This document shows, piece by piece, positions 13,091-25,494 of a stretch of DNA of 64,000 bases (position 1 is the stretch's first letter; each line of letters begins with the position of its first letter). The notes under the pieces are model-generated. The model worked only from the letters and a program-made list of their open reading frames with translations, did no database searches and was not told the origin of the DNA. The DNA comes from Phoronis australis (taxonomy: Eukaryota > Animalia > Phoronida): contig NMRA01000173.1 of NCBI GenBank assembly GCA_002633005.1, positions 216,534-280,533 of the forward strand. The letters run 5' to 3'. Position numbers and translations under genes: made by a program.

Positions 13091-13755
13091 TTAAATCCGT
13101 TGTTGTTTTCGTGAATATTGAAAAATCACACGAAATTCCCGGCCACGAGGCCTAAAAATCCCCTTTGTGACTGAAAATTTCTCTCCAACGGTTCAAATCA
13201 CCTGTGACCACAGAGGTGACAATTTGAAAAAATACAAAATCATAGGCGGATTTAGGGGTGGCGGGCCCGCCCCCTCCGCCTTTGACTGCCGCAAGCAAAA
13301 TCAACCAGCAAAACTTGAAGCGGGAGGAAACTTGTACTGAGTTCGAGCTAGGACCGGTAGCGGACGAGGGGAGAAAACACGTTCTGTTTTATTTTTTTTA
13401 GTCCAACAACAGATTTCCTGAACAGAAGGTATACATCCTCGGCGCCCGTAACTTCCGGGCCGCCTGCGTGCATACAATCGCGCTTTGCCCGCTTCTCTGA
13501 GAATGTCGGGGCCCCCCTCACTAGGCCTATATGGTGTCTTAGATCAGCCATTGAAAATGCTACTTGAGACAGAGCTATGAGAGCTTGCAAAAGGGCGGGG
13601 TGCTATTGATGGTGATCGGGAGGTCAGTAGAGTTTTCACTGACCCGTCACTCGGTGAAACGTTCCCCTCTCAGAAGGCCGCACACACCTCATGATGAGGC
13701 ACCTTTCCCCTCGGATATGAACGAGGCCTATGAAAAAACATAACTATGCTTGTTC

Positions 13756-13927
13756 CAGGGGGGTATCCAGGACTTTGAGTTAGGGGGGGGGGCAAGGCAG
13801 AGTATTAGCCAGGATTTTGCCCATCAGAAATTCGTGATCCTGAACTGCCAAATGGAATATGGGAGAATTTTAGGGGGGGGGGGGGGCTGGGGCATAGCCC
13901 TTTGGCTCCCCTCTAAATCCGCCACTG
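13756..13927. mobile_element. Short MITE with CAG..CTG ends and 5-bp TSD
   Basis: CAGGGGGGTATCCAG ... CTAAATCCGCCACTG; TGTTC duplicated at 13751-13755 and 13928-13932. Confidence 0.7.
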
Positions 13928-15804
13928 TGTTCTGTGCAGTTACCTGAAATTGAGCTCTAAAACGAGGTTATGCTTTGGACGAAAGAATTACGGTAGATGT
14001 TTTAATTTTAAAATTCAACTTGGTCGAGATTGATATTTGATAAATATAACACATGAAATAGACGTAATTATTAAAACCAAGAAAGCAGAATTGATGGTCA
14101 TATAATTTTTATTTTCAATTGCGAGACTAGTTTTTTATCGTAATCAAAATATATATTTAATAATATCAAGTATTGTTTCAGATCAATGACAAATCAACTG
14201 TTAGTCCCGGTAGTGCCTACCTCACCAGGACCTAGGCTGTGCTTGAAGCTAATAGGCCTACTCTTGATCAACAAATTAAACCAGATGAGACTAATTGCAC
14301 ATGACAGCAAAATGCTATGAGCCACCACTGTCATATCTTCAAATATATCTTCAACTCGTCAACAATACGACCAGATGACCTGGTTCATGTAGAAAGCATT
14401 TTTATCAAGAATTTATTAGAAGAAACGTAACCCTGCATTCAGCATGATACCTAATCCGTAAGACTACGATCACCGCAATTTGGTCATGTTTACTTTTCAT
14501 GTTTCGAACCTAGTTTTCCGGAAAAAACCTATATCCTTTCGTCAGACAACTCTTTGGTGCATTAACTTGTTCTTTAACTGTATTTCCTACGTCTCTGTGG
14601 TTAATTATTGACAAATTTTTTAAGATTTAATATTCAGGTTGGACTCCAAAGACTGGCCATTTAACTCATGCAATGTAAATTTCCGCTTTGTTTATTGCAG
14701 TGAGCCTGGCTTTGGATTTTAATGTCTACCAGGTGAATAGAGTCTATGGCAACAGTTGAAGACTACACCTGCTGAGCTGGATCACCGCTCATCAGTCAGA
14801 GTATGAAATCAGACACTGATATTTCATCACCAAAGAACAAAATGTACTAACCACAAATAAACCACCATACAATAACGTGCATGAGCTTGAAAGTTTGAAT
14901 TCTAATTAAATTTTCATACAACATGTGCTTTTTAACTTTACTTCTTAACATTGATATCCTTTTACTCCATGAACAACATTCTTGTTTAAAGAACCATGTT
15001 ACACCATCTTTGAAAACCATTATTTTGATTCTTGTTTTGGAGTGGAAACTTGGAAACTTTGTTCTTAATTACATATCATAAAACCATGAACGAAATGGCG
15101 TTCATTAGTTTTATATCATAAAACCATGAACAAAATGGCATTCATTAATTAAATATATGATAAACCCGCAATAAACAAAATGGTGTTCATTAAAACCAAC
15201 AAGTTGCTTGCCACGATGGCTCATGTCTGCTTGTATTCACAAAAATGCGACAGTTTCGCCTGACGTAGATACGTGGTTACCATTACTAGACATGACTAGG
15301 TACCATTTGTTGGTGAATTGTTGAAGTGAGACATTGAGCCTGACAACGAATATGATTCATATGTGATTTCAGGCAAAATAATGTCGGAAGAGTTTTATGT
15401 ACTAGCCGAGTGTGCTTGTGTTTTTTCTTTTTTCATTGCTTAGGGTGATGTTTCGTGTACTGTTACAGGAAATCACAGAAAGGGGAAATCACAGAAAGGT
15501 AGGCCACGGATTTGAAATTCCTGTCAAGTACCGCTTTGTTGGTTCTTTCACGGCAATGAAATACGTTCCACAAGTGATATCTCAGTGCTGACACGAGTTC
15601 CGCGCATGACCCAAAAGGAAACAATTGTGTCTCCTTCAGTAAAGAGCATGAGAAAACGGTTATTTTACCGCCAAGGTCTTGGTTCTGCTAAAACTGACTT
15701 ATCGTCACTAAGAGGTAAGCGAGTTGCGTATGTTCTGGAATCTTAGTTTTGTGAGACGAACGTTCACAAAAGCACAGACACTTTTAAGAAAGTCTGGATC
15801 ATGA

Positions 15805-15915
15805 AAACTTGGGGGTGGGCAATGAGCCGAGCATGGGTGCTTAAAATGGAAAATTGAAAATTTCAGGGGTGGGTGGTAAGCTGAGCATGGGCCGTCATAC
15901 GGACGAGTACGGTAT
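15805..15915 (-). mobile_element. Terminal fragment of a Tc1/mariner-type MITE
   Basis: Ends ...ATACGGACGAGTACGG-TA; subterminal CATGGG/GGGTGGG repeats resemble the element at 17369-17515; other end not found. Confidence 0.45.
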
Positions 15916-17368
15916 TAACCTAACAAGTTGAGATTAGTTTTATAACGATTAGTGGTCTGAATCAAAAATTTTTTTTGTGATGGAAGGTGGGTTTATACCA
16001 CTTTAAAGTTTAAATACAATTAACATATCAGTACAATAGCCAGACGAATAAGCAGCAGGTTCCTACTAATTCTTCTTGTAGGTGGGAGCCACTAGCACTT
16101 GATTATTGAAAAGTTGCAGATGCTTTTACAGTCTGGTAGGAGGAGATTTTGCAGATTTTTTAATTAAAACATGTTTATTTTTGTTGGCTCATGCAGATGA
16201 AAGTGGTCTAGATTGTTAACCATTTTTGTTGACATGGAGGTGGTTTTCAGACAGGCTGTGGTGCACAATAAAAACACAGCTCATAGTATAAACTACAAGG
16301 GATATCTAATGTGCCCGAGTCAAGTACAGCTCAGTAGGATACAAACCAGGCCCTGGCATTCAGAGTATTGCCTGTCCTGTGGTATTCAACCACAAAAGTG
16401 GTGGACAAAAGTGGTATTTTTGGACTTTCATTATTAGCATAACTGTGATCCGTACCCATCGTCATTGCTGTCCAGGACAGTTTCATAGACACAGGAATCT
16501 CACTAAGGAAGTTAGTCTGATCACGTGCTTCACTTGCAAGATTCTATGAGCCCCACATGAGGTAGTGCCTTGATCTCAATATTCTGTGAGCCTCTATGGA
16601 CTACACACCAGGTTGTGCCTTGATCTCATGACTCCAGCCTCTACTGATTGCACAGCAAGAAGTGCCTTGACCTGAAGCCCCATTGCATGCAGCAACAGAT
16701 GGAAGAGAAGCCCAGACTAAATTCGTCCCACTGGACAATTACCAGATTTTCAAGTACAACTGGCCAGAGCTTGCAACTCAAATTGTGCTACATTAAATTT
16801 TATCTCCTTGCCCCATAAGACATTGAGTAATTCATTGCCAAAAAGGAACGAAGAGAGATGACTGTCATTTCACCTGCAGACAACTACTACACACCAATAC
16901 AGTAGACTTCATAGACATTCGCACAGTAATGCTATTAAAACTTTACTAAACCCCATCTTTAAACACAGGTGTTATTGCATCAAAACCCATCAAGCTATTC
17001 AGACAGGTCTTTTCCCACTATGAACACCATCAATCACCTGCCTGAATATTTCAATTACCTGTACCTCCTACTGTGACAGGAAATCACCTGACCAGAAGTG
17101 AACTCCAACCATAGCAGCACCAATGACTAACTAACTCTTAATTATTTATAGAGGGCATGAGTGGAATGTGATCAATACTTCTGAACAATTGGTTGCCATG
17201 GTGATGCCACACTCTCAAGCAGGCATCAGTTGAATATATAGTCAAGACAACAATATTAAATCTTTATTTGAAAACTAAGCACAAGACAACATTTCTCCAA
17301 AGTCTCAATGCTGGTAGTCTAACATAATAAATCATGGTTTAGTCCATTGTTTGCATATCAGGTGAATN

Positions 17369-17515
17369 CGTAATAAGCGCCCATGTTCGGTTAACCGCCC
17401 ACCCTGGATTTCTTGAAATTTCACGTTTAAGCGCCCATGTCTGGTTAACCGCCCACCCCCGATTTTTTGGGTTTGCCAATTTAACCGCCCAGGGCGTTAA
17501 CCCGAACGATTACGG
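17369..17515. mobile_element. Tc1/mariner-type MITE
   Basis: CGTAAT...ATTACGG ends followed by TA; internal TTAACCGCCC repeats. Confidence 0.65.
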
Positions 17516-18959
17516 TAAGCACAAGACAACATTTCTCCAAAGTCTCAATGCTGGTAGTCTAACATAATAAATCATGGTTTAGTCCATTGTTTGCATATCA
17601 GGTGAATCAATGATATTGATTTGCAATGCAAGTTGACAGAGCTGTTGAAAATAGCTGGCTTTAACTTGTGCAACAGGAGTAGCCGTGTATAAATGTAGCG
17701 AAGGATATCAAAAACATGTGCTATTATTCATCACAAATATTTCAATTTAGCATTAATCCTTCGAAACAAAATATACCAGACTTCGAGAATGTGATTAAAT
17801 CAAAAATTGCTGAAGTCCCAAAATATTAGAAACCATAAAATCCAATTTCAGCAATTGAAGACTTATCATCGGAATCGCGTTTCACTGACCATTATATACC
17901 ATAATCAGAGGTTCCAATCTCCAAATAGTAAAACTGCTCTTATACAATAAATTCATTATCTTTCAGAGCAAAATGCAATTATCACTGTCGTATTACTCTA
18001 ATGAAAATTGACGTAATGAGATAAAATGGTGATTTCCATACTATGCTTTGTCCAGACTGAAATAATTACAACAGTAAGTTAATGTCAGCTTGCTTAGGAC
18101 ACAGTGTTACTAACGATCAGATAGTGACAAAAACAGACAAGTCAATTCTATTGTATAGATTTCACTAATCACGGGTCAAATAATGAAACATTGAACAAAG
18201 AGCAACTGTAAAGCTTCTAATAGTAGCTGGGGCATTTATTTTTTCAGACGTGCCCTAGACCCAGCCTCCGTTCATTTCGGTCCTACAGCAGGCCAACACA
18301 TGGAGTCGCACAATGGCAAACAAAAAACTCGCCTTTGCCAATCGTTCACACTAAGGTTGTATCATTTAGAGGGAGCGACTATTAGAGACCTGGGGTTCAT
18401 TAAATTCAGCGTTCCTATACCCTGGCTTGTTTTAGATGGAGGCTTCTATTAGAAGCTTTAGGGTATTACCATGGGTACTCAAAAAGGTGGATTTGGAGGG
18501 GTGGGGGAGCCACAGATGCAGAATGGGTATGAACAGATAGAACTTAAAACCCACAGCATAATGCAGGTAAAAATATAGGTCACATGTTTTCCAGCATCTT
18601 ACAATTTTACATTCATTACAATAACTTATAATGTAATAACAAGAATGTTTGTCTTCTATCTATTATTCATGTTTACACCAGTCTGTTGCATTCTACACGC
18701 AGGGCTCGACATAACGAGCTGCAGGTCGCATTTGCAACTTGAAATTTGGAAATGCGAGCTGATATTTTTGTCAGTTCGTATGAAGTCGCAAAATGCGACC
18801 TGGAATTTCCAACGTATGCGAGCTGAGTTTTTATATTTCTAGGCAGATATCTGCAAATATAAAGCAACTCTTGTAAATCCGACCGCTATTTGGTTGTTGA
18901 CAAGTCCAAGTTAAAAAACAAACTTTAACTGAGAACAGCACTCCGGATGACTTGTAAGC

Positions 18960-20598
18960 AACGTACAATCCATCAAAAAACGGGCACATGCCATATTTAA
19001 TAAAATTGTCAAAGAACTTCAGAGAAACAAAGGAAAAGAGAACAAAATGAAATTGCCACTTGAGGGCACAGCGTCCGTTCCATCTGCCTGAAAGTCGTCG
19101 TCTGTTGTTATCTTCATATAAACACACTTACTAAATTTAATAAAGATCCTGCAGTGGGTTTTGGAGATACAATTATGAGCGCAAAACAAAACAAAACTAC
19201 CACTAGGAGGCACCACAGTAGTCAGTCGCCATCATCAAATGTCCTCTTCACACTGAAAACATATATGCCAATTTTCAAAACCATACCTAGAATGATTTAG
19301 TTGACCAAGGGGTGGATGCCAAAAACAAGATTTGAAAACAGCAAAAAAATGGCCACCAGGTGGCGCAAAATACCTCGATTCATCCAAAAACAGGATGATA
19401 GCATCATCTCACCAATAGATATCTATATTCAAAATTTTATGAAAATCTGTTGAGGACCTTTGAAGATACAGACTGGTAAACGTAAGAAACTAAAATTGCC
19501 ACTAGGGTGCACACCACTAGTCATATCCATCCGAAAGTCATCGTCATCCATATAAATACACTTGCTAAATTAAGTAAAGATCCTGCTAACAGTTTATAAG
19601 ATACAGCCATGAGCGCAAAAAAAACAAAACTGCCACTAGGAGGTGCCAAAGCAGTCAAAGTCGTCGGAAAATCCGAAAATCGTCGTCAGCCGTCCACTTC
19701 ATAGCAAAATCATACATGCAAATTTTCACAATTATCCTGAAAGCGGTTTGGTTGATAGATGAGTGGATGCCAAAAAACAGACTCGAAAAAGGTTAAAATG
19801 GCCCCTAGGTGGCGCAAACTAGGTCGAATCCATCTGAAAACAGAGAGATAGTGTCACCTCATTAACAGATGCCTGTATGCCAAATTTTATCAAAATACGT
19901 GGAGGACCTTTAAACATACAGAGGTAAACGTAAAAAAACTAAATTTGCCATTAGGTGGCACACCAGTAGTCAGATCCATCTGAAAGTCGTCGTCCTCCCT
20001 TGTTAACATCATATAAATACATTTACTTAATTTAGTAAAGATAATGCAAACGGTTTAGGGAATACAGCCATAGGCGCAAAAGAAACAAAACTGCCACTAG
20101 GAGGCGCCACAGCAGTCGAAGTCGTCCGAAAATCATCGTCAGTCGTCCACTTCATAGTAACAACAAACACGCCAATTTTCACACTCACTTGAGCGGTTTG
20201 ATTGATAGAGGGGTGGACGCAAAAAACGGACTCAAAAACAGTAAAAATGGCCACTAGGTGGCGCAAACTATGTCAAATCCATCTGAAAACGGGAGGATAG
20301 CGTCATCTTACTAATAGGCGCCTATATACAAAATTTTATGAAAATCCGTTCAGTACTTTTTGAAGATACAGAGGTAAACGTAAAAAACTAAAATTGCCAC
20401 TAGGGGACACACCGGTAGTCGGATTCGTCCGAAAGTTCGCGCATACCGTCCCATCCAAGGAAGGAACACATGTACAAAATTTCATGAACATACGTCAAGG
20501 CGTTTTGGAGATAGAGCAGCGGACGCCGGACGGAGGGACGCCGGACGGACGGAGATGACGGCATATGCGTCCACATATAAATATGTGGGTGAATAAAA
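18960..20598 (+). mobile_element. Helentron-like (HINE/DINE-1/pearl-type) non-autonomous element with tandem ~150-bp core monomers
   Basis: ~10 monomers in a ~450-bp three-monomer higher-order unit, then a GGAC-type microsatellite, hairpin CCACATAT-AA-ATATGTGG and A-rich end; homologous inverted copy at 58391-59535. Confidence 0.75.
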
Positions 20599-21288
20599 AG
20601 AAAACAACATATTTACCTTTTTAAGGAGCATTGTTGCTTGTGGTGTATTTAGCTGTAGAAAAGTAATTCTCACACAAATGCGTCAGAAACATGACAGTCA
20701 CAGATAGCCTGAGTACATTGACACGAGAATCAACATGAAACGCCACAATATGAGTCACACACAGTTTTGGCGGGAGAATCAAGAGACAAACATGGTCATT
20801 TGTCTTTCTAAATAGCATTTTACCATGATGCAGTCTTCTGTCAGTATTTTCTCTCCTTGCTTCCCCTGTATTCAATCTGTGTGTATGAAACACAAGAGCC
20901 ATAATGACCACGGGAATGTGAGGTGAATAGGCCTCAACAAAGGAATACACCCACAGACATTCTGCACAATGATGCCTCACTTGACAATAATAAATGTAAC
21001 ACATGTCAACAACAGTGGACTCATTACTAACTTGGATCTTTTCAGAGTGAACATAGGCTATAATAGCTCAATAAAGGACTGTTATGTATACTTTGCCAAC
21101 AGGCCAGTAAGATGGCAAGCCCAATCATGTTTATTTCATCTGTATATAGTATGCATTATTCACTGAATGTTTATGTTTATTTTATGTCATTAAAGCATGA
21201 CCTTGTCATTCACTTGAGCATTTATTCACTGGAATGTATATATTTGTATTTCTGTTGTCCTCTGTATTGTGTCAAAGCAGACCTGTTT

Positions 21289-21290
<2 letters not shown>

Positions 21291-21320
<30 letters not shown>
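21291..21320. repeat. (AT)n microsatellite
   Basis: Directly visible. Confidence 0.95.
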
Positions 21321-21324
<4 letters not shown>

Positions 21325-21931
21325 ATTGTATTAGAGTTCCCATACATTTCCCATGGGTCTTTACTTCTGATTTATGAATATGATTATGTTCTATTGCCAC
21401 ACACATTCTATGTCCAACCAATAAACACTTATTATTACGTAATATGCCCTAACAGTGAAACATTCCACAAACTACTACATTCAACTGCTACAGCCAGGAT
21501 TAATGTTGCAGGTTAACCTCAAAATTTCAATTTTTGGGTTCAACTAATTAGCCAGCAAATGTATGCGTTGTTCAAAATGGCGTGACAATGCCTTGTAATA
21601 GGCATTGAAAGTACAACTAAATGGTGGTGTGATATTAAGACACAATTGCTTAGCAATGCCTGCTATTTCCACTTAACAAAAGTAACAGAACACCAAATTC
21701 CCCAGTCCTCAATAGCTCAAAGATGACTCACTTTTATAGTACCTGGGGGTACCAGCATATTCAGTAAGACATGAAACAGATTACAGAGAAAATTTGAGTA
21801 TACTTTCCATGGTGGTGTTAACATGTCTGTGTCAGTTAAAAACATAAATAGATAATTATCAATTTTAAGTAGTTCACAACTCCTAACTATGATTCGGCAA
21901 ATGGTGGATGTATGATGCTGCTGATATTTTT

Positions 21932-22088
21932 CAAATGCATTCTGGGATGGCTATTACCTTGTGAACATTCACAAATGCATTCTGGGATGGCTATTACCTT
22001 GTGAACATTCACAAATGCATTCTGGGATGGCTATTACCTTGTGAACATTCACAAATGCATTCTGGGATGGCTATTACCTTGTGAACAT
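21932..22088. repeat. 40-bp minisatellite, 4 near-perfect copies
   Basis: Unit CAAATGCATTCTGGGATGGCTATTACCTTGTGAACATTCA. Confidence 0.95.
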
Positions 22089-22411
22089 CCAGTGCCATCA
22101 TAGATATGTTCTGGACACGTAATATGATTACTAATCTGCATTTTCGGTGGTGAGCTTTGATTGGATGGCACCTGCCTAGTCAATCTTTCACGTAAAATAT
22201 TGGAAATCCAATTCAATGCATTGCGAGACTCATTTTCAAAAAATCATGTTGCAGTGGACCCGTCTTTTGAATTCTAGTACGCTCAAGTGACAAGTGTTGT
22301 CTTCCTACATTAGGAACACATAATGGCTGTTCCGTTTATTCTCCTACATTATGCACACACACACTGGTTGTTCCGTTTATTATCCAGTTCTTCCTACATT
22401 ATGCACACATA

Positions 22412-23313
22412 CCGTATTCGCCCTAATAACCGCCCATACCACTATAAGCGTCCCCCACACGTTTTCATACTTTGCTAAAATAAGCGCCCCGCCCATGAAC
22501 GTGTACGTGCGAAAAATGCCTCACTTACAGCCCTAAAATTCTACAGTAACGTCTTCAATTTATCAATAATATCCGCCAGTCCTGAAAAAATAAATGTCAG
22601 ATACTCACGTACGCATCCAGCCACACGGCGACTAATATGGGCCTTACCAAGACAAATGTAGAACGTTTTTAGCACAAGACTGGCAAGTGCTGAATGAAAC
22701 ACGTTCTGCTTTAGGCCTACTGCTTGTAATTTCTTTAGATACAATGTACATATAGCTCGTTACTCTGGCAAATCAACTCTGGTGACTCGCACGCGCTCGC
22801 TTACTAACACACGCATACGAACTTCAAAACAAATGTCACGTGACAACATGTGTGTTCGTCGAGATTTTTCTCGCGTTGCCGATCATAGATGGCACGATGT
22901 AGCACAGATTTGTACTTAACCTGCCGTTAATCCCGACTCCACGAGATCTAAAAATCATAGGGAGGCTATTTAATTAGAAAACTTAATGAGTCGAAACTGT
23001 ATTTTTGTTCAAGCATTCAAGTCATCATATCGACGATTGCGAGGCAGTCAGTCAGCGAGTTTTCGCCTAGGGATTTCAGCCCAATTTTCTGTAAAATGAT
23101 CGTAATTTAACAGCAAAGTTTGATAGCAATGCACCACAATTTTGAAGAAAGTCTGTCACAGGTTACAGATACTTCACAGAGCACGAATATGATGAATCTT
23201 GGCTTCCGATTTCACCCGTTTCGGAGACCGGGTTACTGCCTTGGGTTACAACAAGCGGCCCCCCTAAAACGAATTTTTCTAAGCACCCTGGGCGGTTATT
23301 ATGGCGAATACGG
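22412..23313. mobile_element. Non-autonomous Tc1/mariner (pogo-like) DNA transposon
   Basis: TIRs CCGTATTCGCCCTAATAACCGCCC / GGGCGGTTATTATGGCGAATACGG, TA on both sides; inserted in a ~48-bp minisatellite (about 22300-22411 and 23314-23395). Confidence 0.88.
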
Positions 23314-24219
23314 TACTGGCTGTTTCGTTTAATATCCATTTCTTCCTACATTATGCAAACATACTGGCTGTTCCGTTTAATATCCAGTTCTTCCCAGATT
23401 CCAACTCTCTTGAGAAAATGAATGCATGTTCAGCACGTTCACTTTAACAGACAAAACCGATGAGCCTACCTACAGCAAGTAAACAGGACCAGTTCACAAC
23501 AACTGAAGTACACAGGCAGAACCATGTACTATCCCAGGGCAATTATGGATAATTACAGCAAATTAGCTGGTACCATCCAGGGTAATCCTTAAAGCACACA
23601 TAACACCCTGGCAGCATCTGTCCAATATCTCAGTAAATGACACTTAGCATATATGCCTCCAGAGAAGGTCATTCTCATCTGCAACCAAACTCTGTGACTG
23701 GCATATGACACAAATCTAATGTTTACCAAATTTCAAGGAAAAAACGATCCATTGAGTGTATGAATTTTGTCCCTAGGTACATGTTGCTGTATCTTTTGTA
23801 ATGGTTCAGAACGTCTCATCTCACTGAGCACTGACACTGTCATACACAGGAAAGCTATCACTGTCGCAGTCATACACAGGAAAGCTATCAGTTGATTTTA
23901 ATCATTACTGTACATCTCCACATCAAACCATAACCCTAACGAAACTGATTAAACTTTGGTCTAAAACCGTTTGAAACTTTCGAAAACATAAAACAATGTC
24001 ATGATGTAATTTTATCTGTACCCTTACAACCCATACAATCCAGAGACCTGTTTGCTATCTTATTGCACCTCAGTAAATGTTTTAAAATTCACTCATGAGC
24101 AAAGCTAACTGGGTTCAGGGTCCACAGGTCTAATCCCTCATCTCCCAACTCGAAATTATCTTCAACATTATCTGTTCTACTTTAGTAAAAAATCAAACTA
24201 TCAGTAAGAGTCTGCTATT

Positions 24220-24450
24220 GTGTATGGTTCACATACGATGATCCCAAAAGTGTCTAGTATTGTGTACCTGAGCATGGTTCACAATATGATGACCCCAAAA
24301 GTGTCTAGTATTGTGTACCTGAGTATGGTTCACAATATGATGATCCCATAAGTGTCTAGTATTGTGTACCTGAGTATGGTTCACAATATGATGATCCCAT
24401 ATGTGTCTAGTATTGTGTACCTGAGTATGGTTCACAAAATGATGACCCCA
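24220..24450. repeat. 51-bp minisatellite, ~4.5 copies
   Basis: Unit TATGGTTCACAATATGATGATCCCAWAAGTGTCTAGTATTGTGTACCTGAG. Confidence 0.93.
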
Positions 24451-25442
24451 ACATTACAGATATATACCCTGGTTTGAGACTGAACTCAAAATCAACTGTG
24501 CCAGAGTTAGACATCTGAATCTTGGGTTCATCAAGAGCAAACTTGGATCAGGAACTGTGAAGTACCATAACATGAGAGCAAGTTCCTAAAAAATAATTTA
24601 AAGTTCAAGTTAGAGTTCTAAGATTTGACGCCGGGCCCAGATGGAGACACAAAACAGAATGAAACGTAAAAAAATGGTGGTCATCGGATTTGACTGTAAT
24701 TCAGAAGAGTTCTGTAAGCTAACTGCAAGAAACAAGACCACAGTTAAGTAATACCGCAAGAAAGTTCAAGTATTTATGGCAGAGTAAAAACTAAAAGGCT
24801 CAGTTTCAAAAAATGGGCTCTCTAATGCTGGCAAGGACAGTAAGGAATAAAAAATGGTCATTAATTTGGTCATAAACTTAATGTTTTACAGATGTTTAAA
24901 AGGTTAAACACAGCTTTAAGTGGATTGTGGTGAATATCTTTAAACATTGGGATTAATTATGGTGGGAATGCAATCCTAGAACAGGAAGAGTCACAAAATC
25001 AAATGCCAGCTAAAAAAGACTTACATGATGAGTTTAATTACCAAAAAAATTGAATTTCTGCCAGTTGATTACTAGATGACAATGTAACACCCATCATCTG
25101 TCATAATGTATTGGATTAGTGAGACCTGAAGAAAGGCCATCCTACAGGCTCTGTCAGAGCAATCCAATTATTTAGAGTTAACTGTGAGCCTTAACCAGTT
25201 GCACATGCAGCAATGATGACAACATTAAAAGCCTGTGCCAGATGATTTCAACATGATTACCCTAGTGGTGCTTTTTGTGGTCTGCATTCTTTCTTTGCTT
25301 TGTTTCAGATAATGTTGCAATGAACAGCCCCCCAAGTGGTCACAACTTCTTAGTGCTCTGAATAAAGATATTCCTGGACCTCAGAATGCGGTGCACCAAA
25401 AGCAGCATGAAATCACTCAATAAATACCATCATAACTCTTAC

Positions 25443-25494
25443 CTTGGCGTAGTCTAATGGAAGGTCATCTTCAGGACAAGTGAAAATTCCCTCA
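25443..25494 (-). CDS. TRAF4: TRAF4 exon 2 (end of RING finger)
   Basis: TTGCAG acceptor, GTAAGA donor, 52 nt, phase 2-0; (S)EGIFTCPEDDLPLDYAK. Confidence 0.95.

Larger units (their letters stand above)
12423..13115. mobile_element. Penelope-like retroelement (PLE) remnant: two 5'-truncated copies in inverted orientation
   Basis: Perfect 282-bp inverted repeat (12449-12730 / 12834-13115) around a 54-N gap. Minus-strand frame 12779->12602 reads ...FNDFAIIDQAVTTKELKIREALHISWCKPNLNRQ..., resembling a PLE GIY-YIG C-terminus. Direct repeat AATATTGAAAAATC at 12409-12422 and 13114-13127. Confidence 0.85.
12015..13730. mobile_element. Possible non-autonomous DNA transposon hosting the Penelope-like insertion
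   Basis: GC/CpG-richer block with imperfect inverted ends TAGACCTTATTCA ... TGAACGAGGCCTA; no clear TSD. Confidence 0.4.

Noticed and set aside
16450-16545. Possible alternative TRAF4 exon in intron 2
   Set aside because: The donor phase compatible with exon 3 contains stop codons; no recognisable homology.
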